A DNA stretch of 64,000 nt from Anaeromyxobacter sp. (GCA_049840735.1 JASGJN010000025.1:64001-128000), one strand, 5' to 3'; counted from the stretch's first letter, positions 47,724 through 58,298 are shown. Made by a program: numbers and translations. The notes: generated from the letters alone by a model not told the origin.

Positions 47724-49954
47724 GCCGCCGCCATCGGCTCGCCGGCCCCGGACGCGTCCAGCGCCGCCCGCACCCGCGCCAGCAGCGCGTCCGGCGTGAA
47801 GGGCTTGGCCAGGAAGGCCACGCCCGAGTCGAGCACGCCGTGGTGGGCGATGACCTCCTGCGAGTACCCGGACACGAACAGCACCGGCACCGGCCCGTGC
47901 CGCCGCCGCAGCTCGTCCGCCACCGCGCGCCCGTCCAGCCCCGGCATCACCACGTCGCTCACCACCAGGCGCGGGCGGCGGGCGGCCTTCCCGAAGAGCT
48001 CCAGCGCCTCGGCGCCGTCGCGGGCCACCAGCACCTCGTAGCCGCCGCCCTTCAGCGCGCGCACCGTCACCTCGCGCACCTGGGCGTCGTCCTCCACCAC
48101 CAGCACCGGCTCGGTGCCCCGCACGTCGGCCGGCGGCGGCGGCGCCGGGGTGCAGACGGGCCGGCCGTGGTGGCGCGGGAACCGGAGCTCGAAGGTGCTG
48201 CCGTGGCCCGGCGCGCTCTGCACCGTCACCTGGCCGCCGCTCTGGCTCACGATGCCGTAGACCGAGGCCAGCCCCAGCCCCGTCCCCTCGCCCGGCCCCT
48301 TGGTCGTGTAGAAGGGCTCGAAGATGTGGGCCTGGACCTCGCTGGACATGCCCTCGCCGGTGTCGGTGACCACCACCGCCACCGCGTCCGCCTGGTGCGG
48401 CGCCCCGGACACCTGGCGCGTCTCGATGGTGAGCGCGCCGCCGCGGGGCATGGCCGCGCGCGCGTTGAGCGCCAGGTTGAGGATCACCTGGCCCAGCTGC
48501 CCCGGGTCGCAGCGGATGGCCCAGTCGCCTGCACCCAGCAGCACGCGCAGCTCGATGTCCTCGCCCAGCACGCGGCGCAGCAGCTTCTCCGCGCCGCGGA
48601 TGGCGTCGTCCGGATCGAGCGCCTCCGGCGCGATCACCTGCTTGCGCGCGAAGGCCAGCAGCTGCCGGGTCAGGTCGCTGGCGCGGCGCGCGGCGGCCCG
48701 GATCTCCTCCACGTCCTCGGCGCTGGCCGCGCGGCCGCCGCCCAGGTCGTCGAGGAGCGCGCCCGACGCGCTCAGGATCACCGTCAGCAGGTTGTTGAAG
48801 TCGTGGGCCACGCCGCCGGCCAGGCGCCCCACGCTCTCCAGCTTCTGCGCCTGGTGGAGCCGCTCGGCCGCCTCCGCCAGCTGCCGCTCCGCCTCGCGCC
48901 GCCGGGTGATGAGCTCGCTGTGGACCAGCAGCCCGCCCACCGCGCCGCCCGCCTCGCGCCAGGGGTGCACCTCCCAGCGCAGCCACTCGGTGCGCCCGTC
49001 CGGGCGCTGGAACGCGTCCTCCTCCGACCGCTCCACCGCGCCCGCCAGGCAGCGCTGGAACACCCCGCGCCAGCCCGCGGGCGCGTCGGGCAGGACCTCG
49101 GCGTGCGGGCGCCCCGCCAGCGGCCGATCACCGAGGCCGAAGTCCTCCCGCCAGCGCTGGCTGGTGGCCAGGTAGCGCAGCTCCCGGTCCAGCATGGCCA
49201 GCGCCGCCGGCGCGTCCTCCACGAAGAGGCGCAGCCGCTCCTCGCTGGCGCGCAGCCGCTCCTCCGCGGCCTTGCGGTCGGTGATGTCCCGCGCGTTGCA
49301 GAGCAGCCCCACGATCTCGCCGTCCGGATCGCGGTAGGGCGACTTGGAGGAGAGGACCAGCCGCCGGCCGGACGGCGTGCCGATCCACTCCTCCACCGTC
49401 TCGGCCCGGCCGCTGGAGAGGATGCGCGCGTCGTTCGCCAGGATGGCGGGGGCCAGCGCCGGATCCCGGTGGACCTCCTCCACCGAGCGGCCGATGACCT
49501 CGTCGGCGGGGCGGCCCAGGAGCGTCAGCGTGGCCTGGTTGGCGAACACGAACCGGCCCTGCCGGTCGCGCAGGAAGACCGGGTCGGGCACCGCCTCCGC
49601 GATGGCCCGCAGCAGCTGGTCGCGCTCCAGCAGCGCCCGCACCGACCGGCGCTCGCGCACCAGCACCCGCCGGATCCCCAGCGCCAGCAGCCCGGCGGTG
49701 GTGAGCACGAAGCCGATCCCCTTCACCAGCGACCAGAGCGCCTGCTGCTCGCGCGTGCCGGTCTCCACCAGCACCAGCCGGTCGGAGAGGGTGACCCAGG
49801 CGACGGAGAGGACGGCGTAGAGGCAGGGGATCCAGAGCTCGGGGTGGCGCACCAGCCAGGCCGCCGGCCGGCGCACCGCCGGGCTCGCGCCGGCCGGCGC
49901 GGTGGCAGCGGCCGGCCCGCCGCCTGCAATCTTGCTCGGCGCGCGCTGGTGCAA
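47708..49954 (-). CDS. PAS-domain hybrid sensor histidine kinase/response regulator
   Basis: Two TM helices, two PAS domains, AGGVAHDFNN, FEPFYTTK, GTGLGL and a receiver domain. Start uncertain. Confidence 0.9.
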   Translation of the reverse strand: MHQRAPSKIAGGGPAAATAPAGASPAVRRPAAWLVRHPELWIPCLYAVLSVAWVTLSDRLVLVETGTREQQALWSLVKGIGFVLTTAGLLALGIRRVLVRERRSVRALLERDQLLRAIAEAVPDPVFLRDRQGRFVFANQATLTLLGRPADEVIGRSVEEVHRDPALAPAILANDARILSSGRAETVEEWIGTPSGRRLVLSSKSPYRDPDGEIVGLLCNARDITDRKAAEERLRASEERLRLFVEDAPAALAMLDRELRYLATSQRWREDFGLGDRPLAGRPHAEVLPDAPAGWRGVFQRCLAGAVERSEEDAFQRPDGRTEWLRWEVHPWREAGGAVGGLLVHSELITRRREAERQLAEAAERLHQAQKLESVGRLAGGVAHDFNNLLTVILSASGALLDDLGGGRAASAEDVEEIRAAARRASDLTRQLLAFARKQVIAPEALDPDDAIRGAEKLLRRVLGEDIELRVLLGAGDWAIRCDPGQLGQVILNLALNARAAMPRGGALTIETRQVSGAPHQADAVAVVVTDTGEGMSSEVQAHIFEPFYTTKGPGEGTGLGLASVYGIVSQSGGQVTVQSAPGHGSTFELRFPRHHGRPVCTPAPPPPADVRGTEPVLVVEDDAQVREVTVRALKGGGYEVLVARDGAEALELFGKAARRPRLVVSDVVMPGLDGRAVADELRRRHGPVPVLFVSGYSQEVIAHHGVLDSGVAFLAKPFTPDALLARVRAALDASGAGEPMAAAQPIA

Positions 49955-50125
49955 GGCACCCCCGGAGAGACAGCCTACATCCTTTCAAGGTGCGCGCCGG
50001 AGCGTCAAGCCGGCGGCGAGCCCAGGCGGGACTGTCACAGCGGATCGGCGGGCGCCTCACGGATGGGTCGGCGTTTGACGCAGGGTCGCTTCCGCCAGGT
50101 CCTGCGGCGCCTCTCGAGGTCTTCG

Positions 50126-51605
50126 ATGGCCCATCGTCTTCCCCGCTGGATCCTCGGCGCGCTGCTCCTGCCCGGCCTCCTGGGCCTGGCCGGCCCGGCG
50201 CCGGCAGCCACGCTCATGCCCATCACCACGCGCTCGGCGAAGGCGCGGGCGCTCTACCTGGAGGCCCGGGCGCTGGCCGAAGGGCAGCGCGCCACCGAGG
50301 CCCGGGCCCGCGCCGAGGCCGCGCTGCGGGAGGACCCCGGCTTCGCGCTGGCCCACCTGCTCCGCTCCACCGTGGCCGCCGATGGCCAGGTCCGGTTCCA
50401 GGCCCTGGCCCGTGCGGTGGCGCTGGTGGGCGAGCCGCGCTTCTCGCAGGGGGAGCGCCACCTGGTGCTGGGCGCGGAGCGGGCCGCCAGCGGGGACGTG
50501 GCCGGCGCCACCGGCCACTACCAGGCGCTGGCGGAGCTCCACCCCCAGGACGCGCGGGCCCTGATGCCGCTGGCCCTGCTCCGCTTCGGCCAGCGCGAGT
50601 ACGCCGGCGCGGCGGAGCTGCTGGGGCGGGCCGTGGCGCTCGACCGGCGCGACGCAGCCGCCTGGAACATGCTGGGCTACGCGCTGCGCTTCCAGGGGCG
50701 CGCCGACGAGGCCGTCCGCGCCTTCACCGCCTACGCCGAGGCCTTCCCGCGCGATCCCAACCCGCAGGACTCGCTGGGCGAGCTGCTGCTGGAGCAGGGC
50801 CGGCTGGACGAGGCGGTGGCCGCCTACCGGAAGGCGCTGGCCCTCGAATCCGCACTTCGCCTCGGCCCACGCCGGCGTGGCCACGGCGCGCTGGGCACAG
50901 GCGCGGCCGCAGGAGGCCATGGCCGCCCTCGAGGCGCAGCGCAGGGCTGCGCGCGACGCCGGCGAGCGGCGCACCGCCGTCTTCTGGACCACGCTGGGCT
51001 GGCTCCACCAGGAGCAGCCGGCGCGGGCGCTGCAGGCGTTCCAGGCCAACCTGGCCGGCTCGGTGCAGGACGCGGCGCTGCACGCCGCCAATCTCTTCAT
51101 CGTGGCGGAGATCCAGCTGCACGCCGGCCAGGTGGACGCGGCGCTGGCCACGCTGGGCGAGGTGGACGCGGCCCTGGCCCGGGCCACCGCCGCGCCGGAG
51201 GGGGTGCGGGAGGCGCTGCGCCGCAACCGGCTGCACCTGACCGCCTGGGCCGAGGCCGCCGGCGGCGACCGCGCGGCCGCGCAGCGCGACGCGGCGGCCT
51301 TCCGCGCCCAGGCCGAGGCCAGCGGGCAGCGGCTGGAGCGGCAGCGGGCGGACCTGCTGGACGGGGTGGTGGCCCTGACCGCCGGCGACGGGGCGCGGGC
51401 GGTGGCGGCGCTGGCGCCGCTCGACGAGGGCGATCCGGAGGTGGAGGCGCTGCGGGCGCGGGCGCTGGAGGCGGCCGGCGACCGCGCCGCGGCGCGGGAG
51501 GCCTGGCGCCGGGCGGCGGAGTACCGGGGCGTGCAGTTCGCGCTGAGCTGGGCCTTCGTGCGGGCCGAGGCGGTGCGCGCGCTGGATCGGCTGGGCGCCA
51601 CCTGA
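50126..51605 (+). CDS. Exported TPR protein (frameshift near 50850)
   Basis: Signal peptide, ITTRSAKARALY, DPGFALAH, AWNMLGYA and PNPQDSLGE. Continues in ORF 50877..51605. Confidence 0.78.
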
Positions 51606-51659
51606 GGCCCACCTGAGCGGGCGCTGGCCGCGGGGGAGCGAACGCGCTACGCCTGTGCG

Positions 51660-52691
51660 GTGGAGCTGCCCCGCCAGTGGTTCGTGGCCTGCCGCTCGGA
51701 CGCGCTGCGCGCGCGGCCGCTGGCGGTCCAGGTGCTGGGGCGGCCCCTGGCGCTGTTCCGCGGACCGGGCGGCGCGCCCGGGGCGCTGGAGGACCGCTGC
51801 CCGCACCGCAACGCGCCGCTCTCCGCCGGCCGGGTGCGGGGCGGCGAGCTGGAGTGCCCGTACCACGGCTGGCGCTTCGACGGCCGGGGCGGCTGCCTGG
51901 CGGTGCCGGGGCTGGAGGCGCCGCCCTCGGCCGGCGCGGTGCGCGCCGAGGCCTTCGCCTGCGCCGAGCAGGACGGGTACGTCTGGGTCTGGTCCAGCCC
52001 CGGCGACCCGCCGCCCGCGCCGCCGCCGCGCTTCCCGTGGCTGGGCGCGCGGGGCTACCACACCGCGCGGCGCGAGTTGACGGTGCAGGGCTCGCTGCAG
52101 GCGGCGCTGGAGAACACCCTGGACGTGCCGCACACCGCCTACCTGCACGGCGGCCTGTTCCGCACCGCCGGGGCCGGCCACGCGATCGAGGTCGAGGTCC
52201 GCCGCTTCGCCGACCGGTGCGAGGCGGTCTTCAGCGGCGAGCCCAGGCCCTCCGGCCTCGTGGGCCGGCTGCTGGCGCCGGGGGGCGGCGAGGTGGAGCA
52301 CGTCGATCGCTTCCTGCTCCCGTCCATCGCGCAGGTGGAGTACCGGCTGGGCGCGGCTAGCCACCTGGTGGCCACCACCGCCATGACGCCGGAGGCGCCC
52401 GGCCGCACGCGGCTCTTCGCGGTGGTCACCTGGCGGCTGCCGCTGCCGGGCTGGCTGGTGCGGGCGGTGCTCACGCCGGTGGCGGGCCGGATCCTGGCGC
52501 AGGACGCGCGCATGCTGGCGCTGCAGGCGGAGAACGTGCGCCGCTTCGGCGGCGAGCGGTTCACCTCCACCCGGCTCGACGTGCTGGGGCCGCAGATCGC
52601 CCAGCTGCTGGAGCGCGCGGCCCGCGGCGAGGCGGGGCCGGTCGGGGACGCGCCGCCCGAGCACGCGCACCGCGCGCGGATGGTGCTCTGA
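51660..52691 (+). CDS. Rieske non-heme iron oxygenase alpha subunit (VanA-like)
   Basis: CPHR...CPYHGW Rieske motif and ENTLDVPHTAYLH iron-binding motif. Confidence 0.92.
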   Translation: MELPRQWFVACRSDALRARPLAVQVLGRPLALFRGPGGAPGALEDRCPHRNAPLSAGRVRGGELECPYHGWRFDGRGGCLAVPGLEAPPSAGAVRAEAFACAEQDGYVWVWSSPGDPPPAPPPRFPWLGARGYHTARRELTVQGSLQAALENTLDVPHTAYLHGGLFRTAGAGHAIEVEVRRFADRCEAVFSGEPRPSGLVGRLLAPGGGEVEHVDRFLLPSIAQVEYRLGAASHLVATTAMTPEAPGRTRLFAVVTWRLPLPGWLVRAVLTPVAGRILAQDARMLALQAENVRRFGGERFTSTRLDVLGPQIAQLLERAARGEAGPVGDAPPEHAHRARMVL

Positions 52692-53665
52692 TGCGCCTGG
52701 CCGACGGCCACGCCGACTCGTTGATGTGGAACCGCGACCTGACGATCCGGCAGCGGCGCGGGCAGGTGGACGTCCCGCGGCTGCGGCAGGCGGGCGTGGC
52801 GCTGCAGGCCTTCACCATCGTGACCCGAGGCTACCCGTGGCTGGACGGCTTCGGCGCCTTCGCCGCCGCGCGCGGCTGGCCGCGGGCCGCCCGGCGCGCC
52901 CCCTGGGCGCGCTGCCTGCACCAGGTCGAGGCGCTGCACGCGCTGGCCGCCCGCTCCGGCGGCGCGCTGGCGCTGGCCGACTCGGCCGCGGCGCTCTCGG
53001 TCCACCTGGACGCCGGCCGGATCAGCGCGGTGCTGGGGGTGGAGGGCGGCCACGCGCTGGAGGGGGACGCGGGGCGCGTGGCGGAGCTGGCGGCGCGGGG
53101 CGTGCGGTTCATGGGGCTCACGCACCTGGGGAACAACGCGCTGGGCGGCACCTCCACGCCGCTGCACGGGGATCGCCCGCTCAGCACGCACGGCTTCGAG
53201 GTGGTGGACGCGCTGGCGGCCTCGGGGCTGGCGGTGGACCTGGCCCACGCCTCGCCGCGCACCTTCGACGACGTGCTGGCGCACCCGGCCCGCCCGCGCC
53301 TGCTCTGCTCCCACGCCGGCATCGCCGCGGCGCGCCCGGGCTGGCGCAACCTGTCGGCCGGACAGCTCGGCCGGCTGGCCGACCGCGGCGGGGTGGTGGG
53401 GGTGATCTTCGCCACCGTCTACCTGGGCGGCAGCGGCCTGGAGGACGTGGTGCGCCACGTGGAGGCGGCGCTGGACGGGGCCGGCGAGGACGCGGTGGGG
53501 CTGGGCTCGGACTTCGACGGCATGGTCCCCATGCCGCCCCAGCTCCGCGACGTGACCGGCCTGCCGCTGCTGGTCCAGGCCCTGGAGCGCCGGCTGCCGG
53601 CGGCCACGGTGGAGAAGGTGGCCTTCGGCAACTGGCGCCGGTTCTACGGCGAGGTGCTGGGCTGA
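52691..53665 (+). CDS. Membrane dipeptidase (peptidase M19)
   Basis: DGHAD, VEGGH, DLAH, CSH, RNL and GLGSDFDG. Confidence 0.9.
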   Translation: MRLADGHADSLMWNRDLTIRQRRGQVDVPRLRQAGVALQAFTIVTRGYPWLDGFGAFAAARGWPRAARRAPWARCLHQVEALHALAARSGGALALADSAAALSVHLDAGRISAVLGVEGGHALEGDAGRVAELAARGVRFMGLTHLGNNALGGTSTPLHGDRPLSTHGFEVVDALAASGLAVDLAHASPRTFDDVLAHPARPRLLCSHAGIAAARPGWRNLSAGQLGRLADRGGVVGVIFATVYLGGSGLEDVVRHVEAALDGAGEDAVGLGSDFDGMVPMPPQLRDVTGLPLLVQALERRLPAATVEKVAFGNWRRFYGEVLG

Positions 53666-54102
53666 GCGGGCAGCCGCGCGGGCCCCTTCGGCTTCACCAC
53701 CCAGCTCGCCACCATCAGCCCCAGCCCCACGAACACCGGCACCACGCCGATCACCCCCAGCCCCAGCGCGGCGGTCTGCGGCAGCAGCCAGAGCACCAGC
53801 GCCACGCCGAACCCGGCGAAGAGCGTGATGATGCCGCCCACCAGGAGCCCCTGGGCGGTGCGCTCGGCGCGGGTGCGCGGGTCGAGCCCCAGCTCCTCCC
53901 GCTCGTCCGCGTCGGCCATCGACGGCGGGGGCGGCAGCGTGGCGGGGTCGAGCCCCTTCTCGATGGCCACGATCCGCTCCTGCATGGCCAGCTCGGCGAT
54001 CTTCTGCTGGGCGCGCATGCGGAAGATGCCGGCGGCGATGCCGCCCACGATGGCGACGATGGGGATGAGCAGGGCGACGAGCGGGATGGAGAAGGCGAGC
54101 AC
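53644..54102 (-). CDS. DUF6249-like membrane protein
   Basis: LIPIVAIV...ERIVAIEKGLDP, then two TM helices. RBS AGGAG before GTG 54102. Confidence 0.72.
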   Translation of the reverse strand: MLAFSIPLVALLIPIVAIVGGIAAGIFRMRAQQKIAELAMQERIVAIEKGLDPATLPPPPSMADADEREELGLDPRTRAERTAQGLLVGGIITLFAGFGVALVLWLLPQTAALGLGVIGVVPVFVGLGLMVASWVVKPKGPARLPAQPSTSP

Positions 54103-54152
54103 GGGGGCGGCTCCTGTCTGGCTGGGGCCGCGCCGTGCGGCCCGTTCGCTGC

Positions 54153-54182
54153 TTGGACCGGCGACGGCGGAGGGCGGTTTCA
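54153..54182 (-). promoter_or_regulatory. ECF-type promoter for the DUF6249 gene
   Basis: TGAAAC-N17-GGTCCAA on the minus strand. Confidence 0.6.
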
Positions 54183-54250
54183 GCGGCCCCGTCCGGGACC
54201 CCGGAGTCGGTGGGGCCGGGGGTAGGGTCGTGACCGATTCCGGGCCAGGG

Positions 54251-54281
54251 TGAAACCGGCGGCCCCGGTCGGCCGGTCCAA
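54251..54281 (+). promoter_or_regulatory. ECF-type autoregulatory promoter for the sigma/anti-sigma operon
   Basis: TGAAAC-N18-GGTCCAA, 7 nt before ATG 54289. Confidence 0.6.
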
Positions 54282-54288
54282 CGCGGAG

Positions 54289-54897
54289 ATGCTCTCCCTG
54301 GTGACGTCCCCTCCCGCCCACGAGCCGCAGCCCAGGCGCGCCGCAGCTGCGTCCACGGGCGAGGAGCGGGCGCTGCTGGAGCGCGCCCGGCGCGGAGACG
54401 CGGCGGCCTTCGGGGCGCTGGCGGCGCGACACCAGGACCGGGCCTACGCGGTGGCCCTGCGCATCACCCGCAGCCCGGCCGAGGCAGCCGAGGCCACGCA
54501 GGAGGCGCTGGTACGGGCCTGGCGGGCCCTGCCCGGCTTCCGCGGCGAGGCCAGCTTCGGCACCTGGCTGCAGCGCGTGGTGGCGCGCCGGGCGCTGGAC
54601 CGGGCCGAGGCGCTGCAGTCGCGCCGCCGGCGCGAGGTGGCGCCGGAGGCTGCGCTCGAGGAGCCGGCCGCGCCGGCCGCCGAGGGCGATCCGCTGGCGG
54701 CGCGGCAGGTGGAGCGGCTGCTCGAGCGGCTCACGCCGGCGCAGCGCGCCGCGGTCACGCTCTACTACCTGGAGGAGCAGCCGGTGGAAGCGGTGGCCGC
54801 CGCGCTCGGGCTGCCCGCCAACACCGTGAAGACCCACCTGCACCGGGCGCGCGCGGCGCTCCGGCAGGCCTGGGCGGAGCAAGGAGGCGAGCCATGA
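54289..54897 (+). CDS. ECF RNA polymerase sigma factor
   Basis: GDAAAFGAL, QEALVRAW, FRGEASFGTWL and NTVKTHLHRAR. Confidence 0.9.
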   Translation: MLSLVTSPPAHEPQPRRAAAASTGEERALLERARRGDAAAFGALAARHQDRAYAVALRITRSPAEAAEATQEALVRAWRALPGFRGEASFGTWLQRVVARRALDRAEALQSRRRREVAPEAALEEPAAPAAEGDPLAARQVERLLERLTPAQRAAVTLYYLEEQPVEAVAAALGLPANTVKTHLHRARAALRQAWAEQGGEP

Positions 54898-55391
54898 CGT
54901 CCTGCGAGGCGCTGCGGCGCTGGATCGACGAGGGTCGGCCGGCCGGCGACGCCGGTGCGCTGCTGGCGCACGCCGCCGGGTGCCCGGGCTGCGCGGCCGA
55001 GCTGGCCGCGGCCGACGCGCTGGAGGCGGCGCTGCGGGCGCCACCTCCCGCGCGCGCCCCGGCGTGGATCCTGCCGGCGGTGATGGCGGAGGTGTCGCGC
55101 GCGCAGGCCCGGTCGCGGGCCCGCCGCCGCCGACGCGCGGCCTCGCCCGGCGCGCTGGTGGCCTGGTCGGCGGTGGCGCTGGCCGTAGGGGGGGCCGGCT
55201 GGGCGGCCGCCGCGCTGGGCGGACCGGCGCTTCCGCCGCTGCCTTCGATCCCGGCGCTGCAGCCGGAAGCGCTCCAGGGGCCCGCCGTGGCTGCCGCGCT
55301 GGCCACCGTCTCGCTGACGGCCTCTGCCGGCCTGACCTGGCTGGCCCTGTGGCTGACGCGAGCGGTGGAGGCGGCGGCGCTGCGGAGGTGA
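54894..55391 (+). CDS. Zinc-binding anti-sigma factor (ZAS)
   Basis: HxxxCxxC (HAAGCPGC) followed by TM segments. ATGA overlap with the sigma gene. Confidence 0.8.
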   Translation: MTSCEALRRWIDEGRPAGDAGALLAHAAGCPGCAAELAAADALEAALRAPPPARAPAWILPAVMAEVSRAQARSRARRRRRAASPGALVAWSAVALAVGGAGWAAAALGGPALPPLPSIPALQPEALQGPAVAAALATVSLTASAGLTWLALWLTRAVEAAALRR

Positions 55392-55478
55392 GGCACGGGG
55401 GATGCTCTCGGCCGCAGCGGGAGCGCGCGGCCACGGTCTGGTGGCCGCCTGTATCGACTAGCTGGGGGGCAAGGGGGA

Positions 55479-55506
55479 AAGGGTTCGAATCCCTTTTCCC
55501 GCTCCA
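55479..55506 (+). other. att site: 3' fragment of a tRNA-Gly-like gene (T-arm + acceptor + CCA)
   Basis: AAGGGTTCGAATCCCTTTTCCCGCTCCA, with no tRNA 5' half upstream. Confidence 0.72.
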
Positions 55507-55510
55507 TCTT

Positions 55511-55550
55511 GCCCCCGGTTTCCTCCTTGGAGACCGGGGGCTTTTCGTTT
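55511..55550 (+). terminator. Intrinsic terminator after the tRNA fragment
   Basis: GCCCCCGGTTTCC-loop-GGAGACCGGGGGC followed by TTTTCGTTT. Confidence 0.8.
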
Positions 55551-55563
55551 CGGGGCCCTTCCA

Positions 55564-55595
55564 CCGTAACCCCGACCGTAACCTCCGCCGTAACC
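55564..55595. repeat. Three CCGTAACC direct repeats with 12-bp period (candidate integrase arm-binding sites)
   Basis: Copies at 55564, 55576 and 55588, about 75 bp from the att core. Confidence 0.65.
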
Positions 55596-55842
55596 TCGGC
55601 GGCGGTGGTCGCCTCCACGGCGCCCGCCCAGGCCGCCGGGTCGATGGCCAGGACGGCCTCGCACATCCCCGGCCACTGCATCTCGAGGCGCGTGTAGAAG
55701 TCCGACGCCCGCTTCGGCTTGGGGTGGGTGATCAGGTTCAAGTGGGTAAGCGCTGCACGAACCCCGTCTGGCGGCGGGCGGGCCGGGGAGGCAGGCTGGG
55801 CGCGTGGACTGGAACCACGCGCGAGCGCCAGGAGCGGCCCGG

Positions 55843-57584
55843 TCAGCCCGGCGACACCTGCTCACCCGCCACCGGGAGCGGCGGCGGGACGGTGAGCGTG
55901 CCGATCTCGTTGGCGAGCTCGGCGGGGTCGAGGCGCGCGCGGGTCTGGGCCCAGTACCTGGGTGCGAGCTCGAGGTAGCGGTCGCGCGGCCAGTGCGCGA
56001 GGACGCGGAAGAGGTCGCGCAGGTAGGCCTCGGGGTCGAGCCGGTGCAGCCGGGCCGAGGCGACGAGGGACAGGATGTGGCCGGCGGCCTCGCCGTGGTC
56101 GTGGCTGCCGACGAAGAGCCAGCTCTTCCTGGCCGACGGCGACCCTGCGCAGCTCGCGCTCCGAGCGGTTGTTCCTCGAGTTGGAGCCGCCCGTCCTCGA
56201 GCACGCGCGATGAGCGCGTCCTTTCTGCCGGACGGCGTAGCCGAGCGCCGAGTCGGAACGAGCCCGCGCTGATCCGCGGACGCGCTCGTACTCCGCCTCG
56301 GCCCAGGCGAAGAAGTCGACCAGGTGCACGCGCAGGTGCTGACTACGCTGGCGCAGGATGGTCTCGGGCGGATCATTTCGCCAGAAGTCATCGAGCGCGA
56401 ACACGTACCCCGATGCGCGCCAATCCCTCGCGGGCGACCTCGCTCTTCGTGCAGGTCGCCTCCCAGAACTTGCGTCGCGCGTGGGACACAGCAGCCGACC
56501 TCGACGCGGGTGGTCCTGACCACCCTCGCCGTCCCTCGGGCGGCTTGTCCGGCTCGCGGAAGAGCACGTCGTAGACGCTCTTGGCGTCTGCCTGGATGTA
56601 GCCGGAGTACCCCTCGAACATCTCGAGCAGCGTCGCGCTGGTCTCCTTGCGCGCGTACTCGAAGAAGACGTGATCGCGGTCGGCGATTTGGACGAAGTAG
56701 TGGCCCCGGTGGCAGGGCTGGGTGCTTGCCGTCCTCGCGCGGCTCCGGCTGGACCGGGATCCCGGGTCGCGGTCGGTGGCGATGCAGAAGGCGGTGCGCC
56801 ACGCCTCGTCGCGCGCGGCCTCGATCACCGTCGCGCCAAGCGGTCGCCCCCGCGTCCTCGACCCACCGGCTCATCGTCCCGCGGTCGAGGTGGAAGCCCT
56901 CCCGGGCGAGCCGGTTCTCGATGCGGTGGAGGGGGAGCCCGTCGCAGAACTTGTCGGTGAGGAATGTGCGCCAGGAGCGATGGCGCCGCCAGCGAGCGCG
57001 GGAAGCACTCGGGCGGCATCGGCGTCGTCTCGATCATCGAGTCGCCGTTCCGCGTCGACCACCCGGTACTTCGCCCGGGCGTGCTCGAGCACGCGCGCGC
57101 CGCCGCGCTGCCAGGGGGCCACCTTTCGGCTCTCCTCGAACCCGAACCGCTCGGCCTTCCCCTCCGCGACGAGCTTCTCGAAGGATGGGGGTCGAACTGG
57201 CTCGACCCGCACCACCGGGAGCTTGAGCGTTGCGCAGGTCCCGGCGGCCGGTTGGCTTGCGCTTCTCCTTCGGCTCGGCGCCGTCCTCGCCGCCTGCCTT
57301 CGGCGGCAAGCCACCCCCGAGCCGGTTCAGCTCGGCCAGCTTCGCGGCGAACTCCAATCTCGAGCTGCGCGTCGTGTCCACCCGCTCGGCCTTGGCCACG
57401 AAGATGCGGCGCTTCCCAAGCAGCTCCAGCTCGAACCGCAGCCGCTCGTGCGAGGCGCGGAGCAGATCACGCTCCTGCGTCAACCTTCGCCAGCTCCGCC
57501 TCGGTGGCGGCCAGGGGCGGCATCGCGGGCAGCGAGCGCCGCCTCGAGCTCCTTGATCCGATCCTCCACCGTCGTCGCCGCCAT
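55843..57584 (-). pseudogene. tnpC: IS66 transposase TnpC, multiple frameshifts
   Basis: Fragments SLAAPSLLAHI, GYIQADAKSVY, HARRKFWEA, NNRSERELRRVAVG, KSWLFVGS and LVASARLHRLDPEAYL. Confidence 0.85.
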
Positions 57585-57618
57585 CGCGACCACGGTTGTA
57601 GTCACGCCGCGCGATCTG

Positions 57619-57977
57619 TCAATGGGTGCGGACCACCGCGACCTTCGCTTTCTTCTCCTGCACGTCGATCCCCGTCGAGCAGGTCGTCCAGCGCCCGCTC
57701 GTCTGATGGCGATGCTCGTCGGCACCCTCCGGCGCGTCCGGCAGCCTGAATGTGCCGCGGTCCAGAGGCGCTTGTAGAAGAGGCACATCCCCCGTCCCAT
57801 CGCAGAAGGAGGACCTTCATCGCGTCACGCCGCTTCCCGAAGAAGACGAAGAGCGCGCCGCCACCGGGCCTCCCGTGCCGGATCCGCTCCGTCACGATGC
57901 CGGCGAGCCGGTCGAAGCTCCACCGCAGGTCGATCCGGGTCGAGCCCCACGAACACATCCACGCCGTGCGGGATCAT
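57619..57977 (-). pseudogene. tnpB: IS66 accessory protein TnpB, frameshifted
   Basis: MIPHGVDVFVGLDP, IDLRWSFDRLAGIV, LFVFFGKRRDAMKVL and CLFYKRL. Confidence 0.85.
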
Positions 57978-58298
57978 CGGGTGCCCTCCGCGCGCGCGGC
58001 CAGCGTCTCGAGCACGGCGGCGAAGGTCGCCCGGTCGAACCCCGGACGAACCACGATGCGCGCCATGCCGACCTCGACCACCAGGTCCGGGGCCCGCGGG
58101 CGCGCCCGGGACTGCCGGCAGGCGCACCACCTTCGCCACGCGGATCCGCGCCGGCGACTTGCCGCCGTGCCTCAGCCGATGCGACCAGTGCCGCAGGCCG
58201 CCCGCCGTGAACCCCTTGCCCTCGCAGAACCGGGGGGAGCTGAGCCCGCTCGCCCTCCACTCTGCCACCCGCTTCGCCCAGATCTCCCGACTCGACAT
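57974..58298 (-). pseudogene. tnpA: IS66 accessory protein TnpA, frameshifted
   Basis: WAKRVAEWRASGLSSPRFCEGKG...LRHW. Confidence 0.8.

Larger units (their letters stand above)
55484..55745 (-). pseudogene. C-terminal remnant of a tyrosine integrase, truncated by IS66
   Basis: LITHPKPKRASDFYTR (His...catalytic Tyr-like spacing). The frame runs into the tRNA fragment as MEREKGFEP. Confidence 0.6.

Noticed and set aside
55417..55506. Complete tRNA gene (GCGGGAG could pair with TTCCCGC)
   Set aside because: No U8, D-arm or anticodon arm can be formed. Only the T-arm and 3' acceptor strand are tRNA-like.
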